DNA of 64,000 nt from Eutreptiella sp. 'Long Island Sound 2002' (lineage: Eukaryota > Protista > Euglenida), in NCBI GenBank assembly GCA_964036045.1, contig OZ038378.1:3100001-3164000 (forward strand), given 5' to 3'. Made by a program: the position numbers and the translations under genes. The notes beneath the pieces are model-generated. The model did not search any database, had not been told where the DNA came from, and saw only the letters and a program-made list of their open reading frames with translations. Below are positions 1-11,200 of the stretch, piece after piece. Every line of letters begins with the position of its first letter. The first letter of the stretch is position 1.

Positions 1-2
1 GT

Positions 3-559
3 CAGCGGTACCCTGGCGCCTCGGCAGATGACATCTTGATGCGGGTCTTTCAAGAGAATGCGGGAAGACTCAAAGAGTGCGATTCATGGTCTGACTGGAC
101 GATCATTTTGGGCGACATCATGCACAGGGAGTATGGCTACAGGGTGTTCAATCCGATGAATGTGGACACGCAAGTGCCGCAGATCGTCACACCGTGCTAT
201 CCTGCCGAGAATACCACCTATGATGTGAATCAAAGCGCGATGGAAAGAATAAGGAAGGAGTTTCTGCGAGCTGCTCACGTCAAGTGCGGGCATTGGGATT
301 CTCTTTGGGAACCAATGGATTTTTTTTGCGACAGCACGATACTTGTGTGCTACGGAAATTGATAGCCTCCAGCCCGAAGGAGTTGGCGTGTGACTTGGAG
401 GAGGGTTTGTTGGTCCTGTTGTCGGGGGTGATGGAGGTGGCAGGATCCCAGGCTTTGGGATCAGTGACCTCTATACTGCACGCTCTGGACGCGATGCCGG
501 GAGGTGATTGGGAGGAGGAAGATGGGGAGAGTTACTATTCCGATGAAGAAGTGAAGTGA
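3..559 (+). CDS. 3' part of a poly(A) polymerase-like gene (central domain and start of the RNA-binding region); 5' end is outside the window; apparent frameshift at the T8 run 320-327
   Basis: Frame 3-362 reads QRYPGAS...QIVTPCYPAENTTYDVNQSAMERIRKEF...WDSLWEPMDFF, matching the canonical PAP pattern CQLYPNA...PIITPAYPQQNSTYNVS...EEF...WSKLFEAPNFF. The PAP-like continuation (FF.RQHDTCVLRKLIASSPKELACDLEEGLLVLL) lies in the 284-559 frame. Confidence 0.72.
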
Positions 560-2929
560 AGAAGATGAAGAAGCTGTGTTGGGGGCCTCTTTTTGGAATA
601 CGAGCGCAAAACCCCGCTCAGCGGGGACAAGCCGGTGGTGTATATGTCAATGTGGACAAATTCACCCTGTGTCGAGATACGAGCCAACCCATGCCACGCT
701 CCACTGATACCTCCCTTCCCTCTACGGGTGCAAGCGAACTAACGTCATGCCGCTTTGTGCAAGCACCACTCTCGACGGAGGCAAATGCCAATGACCTCCA
801 TGCCAATGTGTTCGTCTTGTAGCTTTGCTGCGTCACCATGGCGCATGCTCCATGGGCGTGACAGGTGAAGGTTTCACGAACAGAGTGCAACATCTGCCGA
901 AGACCACTCTAGGCCAGTCCAGGATAACACGAGGATATTTTGCTGCTGGACTCCACCGGACTGCAACATGCAAATAGATGGGATGCCTTGAGAATTTGTA
1001 ACTTTGACCATTCGGTGGGGAATGGGTTTCTACTGCACCTCGAGCAGCCTCGGGTCTACTTCGAGAAATACTCGAGTATCGTCCTCAGACTTGGAAGCGG
1101 AAGAATTGCAGCTGGTGGGAGTGTGTGTGCATGGCAGCTCATGACATCCTTTTTCCATTGACTTTTCGAACCTGCCCAGGCAGAGGACAATTTGCCACAA
1201 AATATATGACTGAATGAAGAACAGTCCAGTGCAGTGAGCCGGAGAACGTCCTGCCCGTCCACGCTGTCTCTATGGAGCGGGATCTGTGTTATCCTACGCG
1301 GAATAGCATCAGAAACCTTGTGATACCGCTTCGACACATTGAAATGGGTTTTCGTGTGCATGTGCATGTTGCACCGGAACGACAGACTGTAGAAACCAGC
1401 CGAGGCTTCCTGGGCCAGGGCTTCAAAGTAGTGAGCGACGATATTGCCGTAGGGCCGTGTACATATTGTGTTGGGACTGTACACTTAGAGATATACTGCA
1501 CTGGGTGACACACACACACCAGGTCCCACCACCAGAATGACGTGCAGTGAAAAAGAATATGAGCAGGCAGCTTCACAGACGTCCGAAGCCGCCGGCCTCT
1601 TGTTGCATTTGAAAGTTCAAGTACCGCGTGCGATCAGCACAAGGCTGTGAAACGTCCGATCCTCTTTGGTGAACGAGCTGCACAAACTTTTCCATTTCCC
1701 AGTGTAATGATACCCAGGACCGACGTATGTCTGATAACCAATGGTTCTCGCTCATTCCGACCTTTCTGTTCGACCTCTCTTTCTTTGGCCCCTTGCAGCG
1801 CGTGCAGGCTTGTGCTTGGTGTGGCACACAGCGAAAGGGGGGCTGAGTGAGGGCTGGTGGGCGGTTCAGACGCATTTTTCGGTGATTCTTGGCAACTGGC
1901 ACCTCCAGGGGAGGAATGGGTGGGATTTTTGTGGGTGCTGGGTTTACGTGGGCTTGGGACTGGGAATTGAATTGTAAGAGGTTAAAGGTGTAAGGTCTTA
2001 ACTACATGTCACATCGCAACAAAGTAATAGCAGACTTGGCGGATAGCTCAGTGATAAAAACTGTGTGCACCGAGACAGGTTTTATTTCTGATGAATGGTG
2101 AGATAAGCTTTTGCCCCACTTGTGTATATTCAAAATGCTCAGAATGAAACGGGGAGTTCAAAAATGACCCCCAAAACCGAAAAAAATTTGGTTGTTTCAA
2201 AATGATGGGCTTCAACTCCCACTGGGCGCATTTCTTTGCTCCACTTTGCGGGGTATAGGAGATCATCAACCGTCTCGAATTGTGTGGCCTTCCTCTGAAC
2301 TGCAGCCAATGTGGGCCTGCAGTGCATAAGTATTTCGGTGGGTTGGTGGGTTGGTGGGTGGCTCATGTCCAGCCACAGAGGGCTCCAACCCACCCACCCC
2401 GGCGCTCGGGTACTAAGCACCACCCAAAGCGTGTGACCTGTGCTGCTGTTTTGCAGCATGAGACTGTGCTGGTGTCTTCTTCTGTGGCAACAGCCAAGAA
2501 AATGGCAAAGCTATTTCATCGCACGGTTTGAAATATGCATGATGTTCTGGCTCTGGTTCTGGTCTGGGTTCCAATGGTCCCAATTCGCCATATCTTGATC
2601 TCTTGCACGTTGATAGTGGAAAGGAGGGGATGGGAGGGGCGTGTGGTACGGGAATACAGAGGATGCAAGCAGAAAGCGAGGTAACACCCCCCCCCCCCAA
2701 ATACAGGACCCCCTGCATATGAGACTGCCGCCACCCCCAAGGGATCGACATAATAGTGACCGAATTATTTGGTGGTGGTGGTGATGGGGGGGGGGGGCTC
2801 TGAGGGGTCTGAGATGACGAAATGACGATTACGAAATTTTCTTTCTTTCTTTGTCTCTCTTATGGTAAAGGGTGCCTACGCCGCCGAATTTTTTCTGAGG
2901 GGCCAAAAGCGGCGCCTCGCCCGCGGTAG

Positions 2930-3126
2930 ACTTCCCTGTGGCCCCCACTCGCTCTCCGGCGGCCGTGGCCGCACCTGTGACTGCTGCTGCTGCTGCAACC
3001 CACACTAGGCCTCTGCCGGTTGTGTCCACCCCACAAGCAAAAGTGGCGAGCAGTCCTACTACTGGTCTGCCGCGGACGCCTGCACCAGCTGCAGCCACTA
3101 CTGCAGCGCCTGTGCCGACGTCTTAG
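2930..3126 (+). CDS. possible isolated terminal exon encoding a Pro/Ala/Thr-rich low-complexity tail
   Basis: AG at 2928-2929, then open frame DFPVAPTRSPAAVAAPVTAAAAATHT...VPTS with TAG at 3124-3126. No upstream partner exon was identified. Confidence 0.28.
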
Positions 3127-3269
3127 CGTGCGTCGTGCCCATGCGGTGCCAAGTGGTCCAAAATTTTGTAATAATTTTCTTTCAAAAAATTTCAGGAGGC
3201 CCATCAAATGAATCAGTGGAATGTGCTGAACGCGAAGATGTGTGTTACTGAAAATTGAACAACCATCAT

Positions 3270-4295
3270 TTCCTCCCCACATCGGGGACCCCCAAGACGG
3301 CAAGGGTCCTGTAGCCACTTCACCCACATGTGGGCCCCCCAAGATGGCACGGGGTGTGTAGCCATTTCTAAGTTTGTCCCCGCTTAGGGGACCCCCAAGA
3401 CGGCAATGGTCATATCCCCACTTTGCCCACATGTGGGCCCCCAAGACTACACACAGTCTAAAGGTTCCCCAATAGAAGTATGGCACCCTTGGGTTTTGCA
3501 GAACACTCCCTGATTACTCTGTTTGGGTTTTCCCTATCAAGGAGCACCCTGAATGGGTGCCCCTCATGGATTAGGCCAAACAATTATTGTCAAAACTCTA
3601 CATCACTTAGCAGTCTCGTCATCTCAGTCAAAGGTATCGCACAACACATCATATGGCAACTCATGTAACTTCATCTTTGTGTAAACTGTGATCAATGCAA
3701 ATTCCCTTAATTAAAGTGCTAGTGGGTGGGCATGGGGCTGCAATCACGTCCAGTTGCAATGTCCACATTCAACTCTAGCCGCGCCTGCCACACTACAACC
3801 TTCATCATCCAGTGTCTAGGTGGCAATTCATCATTGTGCGTCAATTCCTTGTCCTTTGCTCCACTGTTGTTGTGCTGACTGGAATGTCCTTTTGGCCTTT
3901 AAAGACTCACAAACACACAAGCAGTAGTACATTGCACGTACATTCCCCAGGGTATCATCCATGCATACAGGACTCATTGTAGCCGATTACTTGGTGCATG
4001 CCTCAATGCCATCCACAGGGCTTTGCTAGAGGACACTGATGCATGCACAGAGGGCATAAGGAAAAAGTGCCAAACATCCCCACGCTGCAGAGGAATCAAA
4101 AAGGCCTCAGGTCCCCACAGTGGGGAGGGCATCAGAACTGGCTACATAACCCCTACCGTCTTGGGGATTCCCAACGCCCAACGCGGGGACAAAATCAGAA
4201 GTGGCTACTCAACCCCTACCGTCTTGCCGGCGCATGTGTGGGGAAAGAGGCTACATAACCCCTGCCGTCTTGGGGCTTCCCTAATCGGGGACAAA
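3270..4295. mobile_element. fold-back element: two oppositely oriented arrays of ~50-60 bp units flanking a ~650 bp spacer
   Basis: Units such as ggggacccccaagacggcaagggtcctgtagccactt (3270-3450) are the reverse complement of aagtggctac...cccctaccgtcttgggg...cggggacaaaat units (4110-4295). Another family member lies at ~34248-34335. Confidence 0.65.
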
Positions 4296-4887
4296 ATCAA
4301 AATCAAAAAGTGCCACCGGAACTGCAGTGCTCACTGAATACAACTTTTTGAACAAACCTTGTCAAATCAGCCCCTGAATCAGCCTCCATGCAAAGGACAA
4401 CAGAACACTTAATTTGTGTGTTGTGTCCCGAGAAAGTGATGTTGATACCTTCAGTGACTGACACTGAACGTCTACTGGAGAAGATAAAACCATATTCTGG
4501 GGTTTGGTAAAAAAAAGGCGGACAAGTAGTTTCTGATCCCAATGTAATTGTGCTGCCTAGACACAGAAAAAAACAACAAGACAGAAAAACGAAACAAATA
4601 TAAAAACTATTAATGTGGGCCCTTTCAAAAGCCATAAATATGATTTTTTTTTGCATCACTACGGTGCATAATGAGGGGCGCACAACAGGCAAGAAGGGTG
4701 CTGGGGGTACACCATCCCCCCTCATAATAGGTGCTCTCTGAAGGCGTATTGTCCTCCAGCCCAACTGGGTAATTGAAGTACCCAATGCTGAAGTCAAGCC
4801 AGTGTGCCCACTCTGTTGGTTTGGACAAGGCGTCAGTTGAATAGCAAAACACGGACTCCATTTATTTGAATATCAATTTCGGTGCAG

Positions 4888-5278
4888 AGATGAGGAGGAT
4901 TGTGTTGCTGTGAGGCCGTGCCAGATGCGGAACAAGCAGACGGACCTGCTGTGGAAGGCACAGGAGGCACTCAATGACCGAGTGATCAATAGCACATGGA
5001 ATGACGTCGTGACCCCCCATGTGCGGGAGCTCCACTTCCCCAAAGGAGCCAAAAGGCGGCGGCCGGTGCGGCCTGTCCTCATCGTTGACGGCCACTACTC
5101 ATTCAAGAACGTGGGGTTTAATGGAGCCATGGACTATGGCAAGTTCGTGCGGGTTGTGGAGCGTACCATGGGGGAGCCGCTCCTCCACAGATACTACGTG
5201 AGCAGCTCTACAGAGACCACCCAAGTAGATCAGATACTGAAGGAGCAGGGCTTCGAATGCGATATCCACGGCATCATG
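4888..5278 (+). CDS. fusion gene exon (N-terminal half of the NYN domain, VLIVDGHY)
   Basis: Acceptor tttcggtgcag|, donor ATG|gtatgc, GC3-rich codons. Confidence 0.75.
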
Positions 5279-8200
5279 GTATGCGACATGGTCTCCATTG
5301 GTGGGCGTTCTGCGGGAATCGCTAAGGAGAAGGCATTGTGCAGGCAGCACAGGCGTTGCACGGGCATGGCATACGGCGATGCATATGCGTTGACTGGGAA
5401 GCGTGTAGGTGCTGTGTGTGTGCTCGCGCATATTTTCGGACCCATTGCATTTGCTTTGTACAGTCATGGTCTTGGCGTTGAATAGGCCGTGTGTATCATA
5501 CCATTTGTGAACGGTGTTGTACAGGTGCTTGTAAGGCATGGCGTGGGCATTTTTTATGGGCATCATTCGCGTATCGTGTCAGCATTGTGCACACATTGTG
5601 TTGGTGTTATTTAGGCGTCGTTGCGACACTGACGAGCATTGTATCGGCATCGTAGCGGGAATGTGCACGGGTTGGTGCATTGCACGGGGGCTTGTTGTAT
5701 TGGCATTGTGCGGCATTTGCGCATGCATTGCACAGGCATCGCCACTTGGCATTGTACGTACAAGTATGGCACTGTGCAGGTGGTGTAGGCATTGCCCATG
5801 CATTGTCAGGGAAATGTTGGGCTTTCGACGTAAGAGATGCATGTCTTCGGGGCACGCACCTCTTTCTAGTGTAGTCTGGAGGCACCCAACGCAAGGGATC
5901 TTTTCGTGGAGGTAAAGGGCCAGGGATCCGTGCTCGTTTGTGCAGCGGTCTGCGCTGCAGTGGCGCTTCCCCTTCACAGGTGAATCGGGATGGGCAGATC
6001 AAGCAGGACAATGTCGACTCAGCCATCGTGTGGCTGATGGTCAATGTGACCAAGCCTCCACGGCTGCATCCACGCGGGGTCCAGTGCAACCATCTGATCC
6101 TCATCTGTGGGGATGAGGACCTCAGCCGGGGGGTCCGCGCCGCGCAGCAGTCGCATGCCCCCGATCTCACGGTTTGGGTGTTCGGGTTCCGGCGCCACAT
6201 CAACCGCCAGTGGGGCCGGGAGGCAACGGTGTTTCATTTGGAAGAGATGGACGTCTGGAACGACCCGGAGGTCTTGGTGCAATACAAGGCCCTCAAGAAG
6301 GTGTGGTCCCGATGTTCACGCCGTCCTTCGTGCCATACTTCGTCATCCGTACCACACCCGACTGACTACACATGCCCTGCCATCCACGCAAGATATGATT
6401 CTACGGCACCCCATGTCCTGACATACCATACCCTACATACCTACGGCCTTAAGTGCGGATATCATTACTGCCCGACCAACAAATCCGAGTGCGCGGTACC
6501 CCCCCCCCCCCAAGGGCAAAAATATGTGGTGTGGTGTGGTGTGGTGTGGTGTGGTGTGGTGTGGTGTGGTGTGGTGTGGTGTGGTGTGGTGTGGTGTGGT
6601 GTGGTGTGGTGTGGTGTGGTGTGGTGTGGTGTGGTGTGGTGTGGTGTGGTGTGGTGTGGTGTGGTGTGGTGTGGTGTGGTGTGGTGTGGTGTGGTGTGGT
6701 GTGGTGTGGTGTGGTGTGGTGTGGTGTGGTGTGGGTTTAGGAAGCAACCGTCCTCGTTGGAACGGGGGGCCATTGGCTCCGAGTATCATCATTTTTCTTC
6801 AAAAAGACTTTTGTGCCGGCATTTTCTGGCCCGTGCATCTGGTTGAGGCACTGTTTGGGTGTATTGCTTCAATTTCTTGCATCTTTTGAACGGTCGTAGG
6901 TCTCACTTTGGCGACTTTTGTAGTATTCCGTCCAGTTGTTGGTTACTCGCCTGCGTCACACTGCACTGCTTGCATCTGTTGAACCTTGTTGTCGGCAGAT
7001 GCGGGAGACGCGTGAACCCTACTGGGCCCAAACCCAGGCGCCCTCAGAGGAGGAGCGTCAGAAGTACCTACAGTCAACCCCAGCCCGAGCAGCGCTGCGA
7101 GCGACAAAGAACGAATTTCTTTCGGCGGTTAGGCAGCACCGGGTGGTGGTGGTCGTGGGGGACACGGGCTGCGGCAAGAGCACGCAGCTGCCGCAAGCGG
7201 TGATGAACGAGGACACAAACCACCGCATTGTGGTCACGCAGTCCCGCCGCATTGCGGCCCGGACCCTGGCCAGGCGCGTGGCCGTGGAAATCAATGACAA
7301 GGTGGCCCGGAGGGTGGCGTACCAGATTCGAGGGCAAGCGGATGTGGCGGAGACGTGCCAGCTCATCTATTGCACCACAGGTGTGGTGGGCGCGGGACAG
7401 CGCGGAAGTTGTACCGCCGCGGGAACCGCGAGCGTGCCCCGCTCCTTGGGTTGGATCGCATTGGGATGGGCTGGACTGGGATGGCTGGGATTGGGTTGGG
7501 CTAAATTGCAATGAGATGGTTTGGATTGGATGGGCATGAGCGGATGCCAGGATTTCGATGGTATACCTGGGGGCCCGGGGGGGCGGCCGGGCCCGGTCCT
7601 TGTATGCGACCCCCCCCAGCCCCCCCCGCTATTATTGCATACATACCTCCATACCCCCAACCCCCCAGACACACATCCCCCAGGAGGTATGCATGTGGTA
7701 GTAGTGGGTCGCGCGCAAGCCCCCCCACCTTGGGAAACCCCCCCCCACGGCCAAAATCCCCCCCCTACACCCCCCAGCTGACCCCCCAGAACTAACCCCT
7801 GCCCCCCCCCCCCCCCGAGTTTTGACAGATAGCTGGGGGGTGGGTCGCATCAGGACCGGTTGTAGTCGCCCCCCCGTGCCTGGGGGGTGCCACAGGTGTG
7901 TTGCCCCGGGCAAAGGGGGATACTGCAGTACCCCTCCGGTAGCCAGGCTGTAGTCTTTCAGTGCGTCGTGCAAAATCATGGATTGGCGGGGGATGGGGGG
8001 GGGTGGGCGTTCGAATGCCTCTCACTTTTCGCATTTTTTTCACCCGTTTTACTTGGCATGTTCTGCGCTGGTGACTTGCGGTGGGGCTCCAGGGAAGGTG
8101 TTCCACGCCGTGCCCCGCTTCTTACCCCCCCCCCCCCAGGGCTTCTTTAGAATAATTAAAAACCAAGGGTGGGGGGGGACCCATCCCCCAAAACCCCCTC

Positions 8201-11200
8201 CCCCCCTCCCCAGACCAAAGTGACCATAGTGGGAAAAAACGAAATTTACAAAAGGGAAAATCTGTTCAGGCCATTTTTGGTACACCAAGTTTTGGGTCCA
8301 AACCTCCCCCCCCCCTCCCCCCCCCCCCTGCTCAAAAGAAGCCCTGCCCCCCCCCTCCCCCCCCCCTGCTCAAAAGAAGCCCTGCCCCCCCCCCCCCCCA
8401 CACGCCCCGCCACGTTGCAGGCGTGTTGCTTCGCCAACTGCGGGGCCCCTCGAAGCTCCAAAGGTACACGCACATCTTCGTGGACGAGGCCCATGAGCGC
8501 ACGTACGAAGGGGACCTGCTGCTGTCGGTGCTGAAGCAGCTGATCGTGTTCAACACCGACATCAAGGTCATCATCATGTCCGCCACCATCGACCCCGCGC
8601 ACTTCAAGCGGTATCCATGTTGCTGGTTTCTGGATGTTTGTGGATGGACATGGGTGCACTCCAGATGTTTGTGGATGGACATGGGTGCACTCCAGATGTT
8701 TGTGGATGGACATGGGTGCACTCTGGATGTTTGTGGATGGACATGGGTGCACTCTGGATGTTTGTTGTTCATTCCTATGGCATTCTTAATGCGTGCCGTT
8801 TGTTCCCAGTGGTGTTTGGATGCATGCTGTGCAAGCTTCGTGCCTTTTGGTTGCTTGTTGGCCTCCCGCTAGCAGCCCATGAATCTGTAATCTGAAGCTA
8901 AGCTAAAGCTAAGCTGACAGACAAGCTAATCTGATGCTTGTCATAGGTACTTCCAGGACCACACGGTCGAGATCGTGCGGATCCACGTGCCTCGGATGTA
9001 CGGCCGCCAGGACCTGTTCTTGGAGGCCGCGTACCGCGAGCTGCGCGGCGCCGTCGAGCAGGGCCTCCACCGGCCGCTGGACCGGCTCCCGGCGCAGAAG
9101 GCGGTGCTGCAGGCCCCCGCGGCGGGCCACGGGGCGGGCCTGGGGACCGCGACCGACTCCGAGCGGCTCCTGGCGGTGTACATGAGCGAGGACGACGGGC
9201 GGCTCCTCAGCGGCAGCCGCCGGGCGTTTGTGCAGGAGCTGCTGGCGTACCTGCACGCGACGCGGGACTGTGCCCAGGCGTTCCTGGTGTTCCTGCCCGG
9301 GCTCGCGGAGATCCACCGGTTCTCTGACTTTTGCGGGGCCTGCCTCACGCGGCTGCGGCCCCTCAGGCTCTGTGTACTCCATTCGGAGGAGAAGGTACAG
9401 CGCTGGGCCCTGAAGGAGGGCCTGCACCCGATGGGGTCCTGGGCAGGGGTGCATTGGAAGGGGATGACTTACCCCCCCCCCCCCCCCTCCAGGGCGTCCA
9501 GCCTATGCCCAGCCACTGTCTCCCCTGACGGCAACAGTAACCGACAGTAACCGCCCCTAGCCGCTTTGGCAACCTCCTCCAACCGCCTATCAAACCGCCT
9601 GTGGGGCCGCCTCTGAGATTCCTTCCCTTCTAATGCATTCCTGGTCCTGCAGAGGTGGAAAATTGGCTTGCGCGCGCGCGGGGGGGGGGGGTCGTTCGAG
9701 CCCCCAGAAGGAGGGGGGGCGGGGGCTGGTAAAGGGGCTCTCGTGACAGGCTAGTCCAAAGAGGCGAGTGCAAAACCTCTGATGATGACTCACCACCTGC
9801 GCCGCACAGCGGCCGGACGAAGTTTTCTTTTCAAAACACATGTCCCCCATGACAAATCCCTCACAACGATCAGCGCATCGGGGGGGGTCATTCTGAGTCA
9901 CTTATGTTGGGGTACCTCCCCTCCCCCCCCCCCCCCCCCCCCCCCAGCGTCCCCCGTTGGCCCGTCGGGGGTCCCCGTCACATGAGGCCTGAAGGGGGGG
10001 GGGGGGTCTGGAAAAGGGGCTCCAACGACTCCCCTCCCCTCCCCCGCGCAAGCCAAATTTCCCCCACCCCTGGTACTCGTGGCTGGGGTGGGCATTGGTA
10101 CCGGGCCAGGCAGTGGTGTCGGCGACGCCGTGTACGACCTGATGAAATGAATGGAACCGCTTGGTACGAGATGAAGGGATGCGGTTTGGTGCAGTGGGGG
10201 ACTTGTACAACCCCCCGTTTCGGGGACCTGGACACCCAATCCTGCATCCTGTTCTCTTTACCGTCCCGCATTCCCTCTTCCCGTTGCACGTGCTCTGTCT
10301 TCGGTCCTCTGGTCTTCGCTCCGTCGCAAGTGTTCCTTTGCTGTTGTATTGCCACGCAAACGACGGACTGCATCCAGGCCTTTGCTTAGTGGCTGGTTGA
10401 TACTGTACCGGGGGGAGGGGGGTGGGTGGGTGGGTCAGAGGCCAAAAAACAGTTTGTGTACCTAAAATCGACCTCCAAGTTCGGGCCCCTTTGATAAATT
10501 TCATTTTTTTCCCGAGGAAAAATTTTCTGATGTGGGTTGGTGGGTGAGTCAGCCAAGATCCCGGGGGGCCAATTTGACCCCCCCCCCCCCCCAGTATCAC
10601 TAAGCAAAGGCCTGACTGCATCACTCGATGTGTGCCGTCAGGCCGATGAGTCTGTTGTTCTCGAAGCCGCGCGGTTCGGGGAACGCAAGATCATATTATC
10701 CACCGACATCGCGGAGAACGCCGTGACTCTGCCGGACGTGGATGTGGTCATCGACTTGTGCCTCCACAAGAGCCTGACCTGGAGCCCCCAGCACCGCGCT
10801 GCCTCCCTTGATCTCACGTGGGTGAGCAAGGACGCGGCTCGGCAGCGCGCCGGTCGAACGGGGCGTGTCAGGGATGGCACGTGCTATCGTATCATTACAG
10901 AGGTCTGTCGTACACAATGCATCGCTGCTGCCTCGTCCCCACTGCTTCAACGCCATGGCTCCCGCAGCCCTATCCTCCCCTCCTCCTATCCTCCTATCCT
11001 CCTATCCTCCTATCCTCCTATCCTCCTATCCTCCTATCCTCCTATCCTCCTATCCTCCTATCCTCCTATCCTCCTATCCTCCTATCCTCCTATCCTCCTA
11101 TCCTCCTATCCTCCTATCCTCCTATCCTCCTATCCTCCTATCCTCCTATCCTCCATCCTCCTATCCTCCTATCCTCCTATCCTCCTATCCTCCTATCCTC

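Noticed and set aside
6433-6889. ORFs with VWCG or HHTTP repeats
   Set aside because: Translation of the (GTGGT)n microsatellite in an intron.
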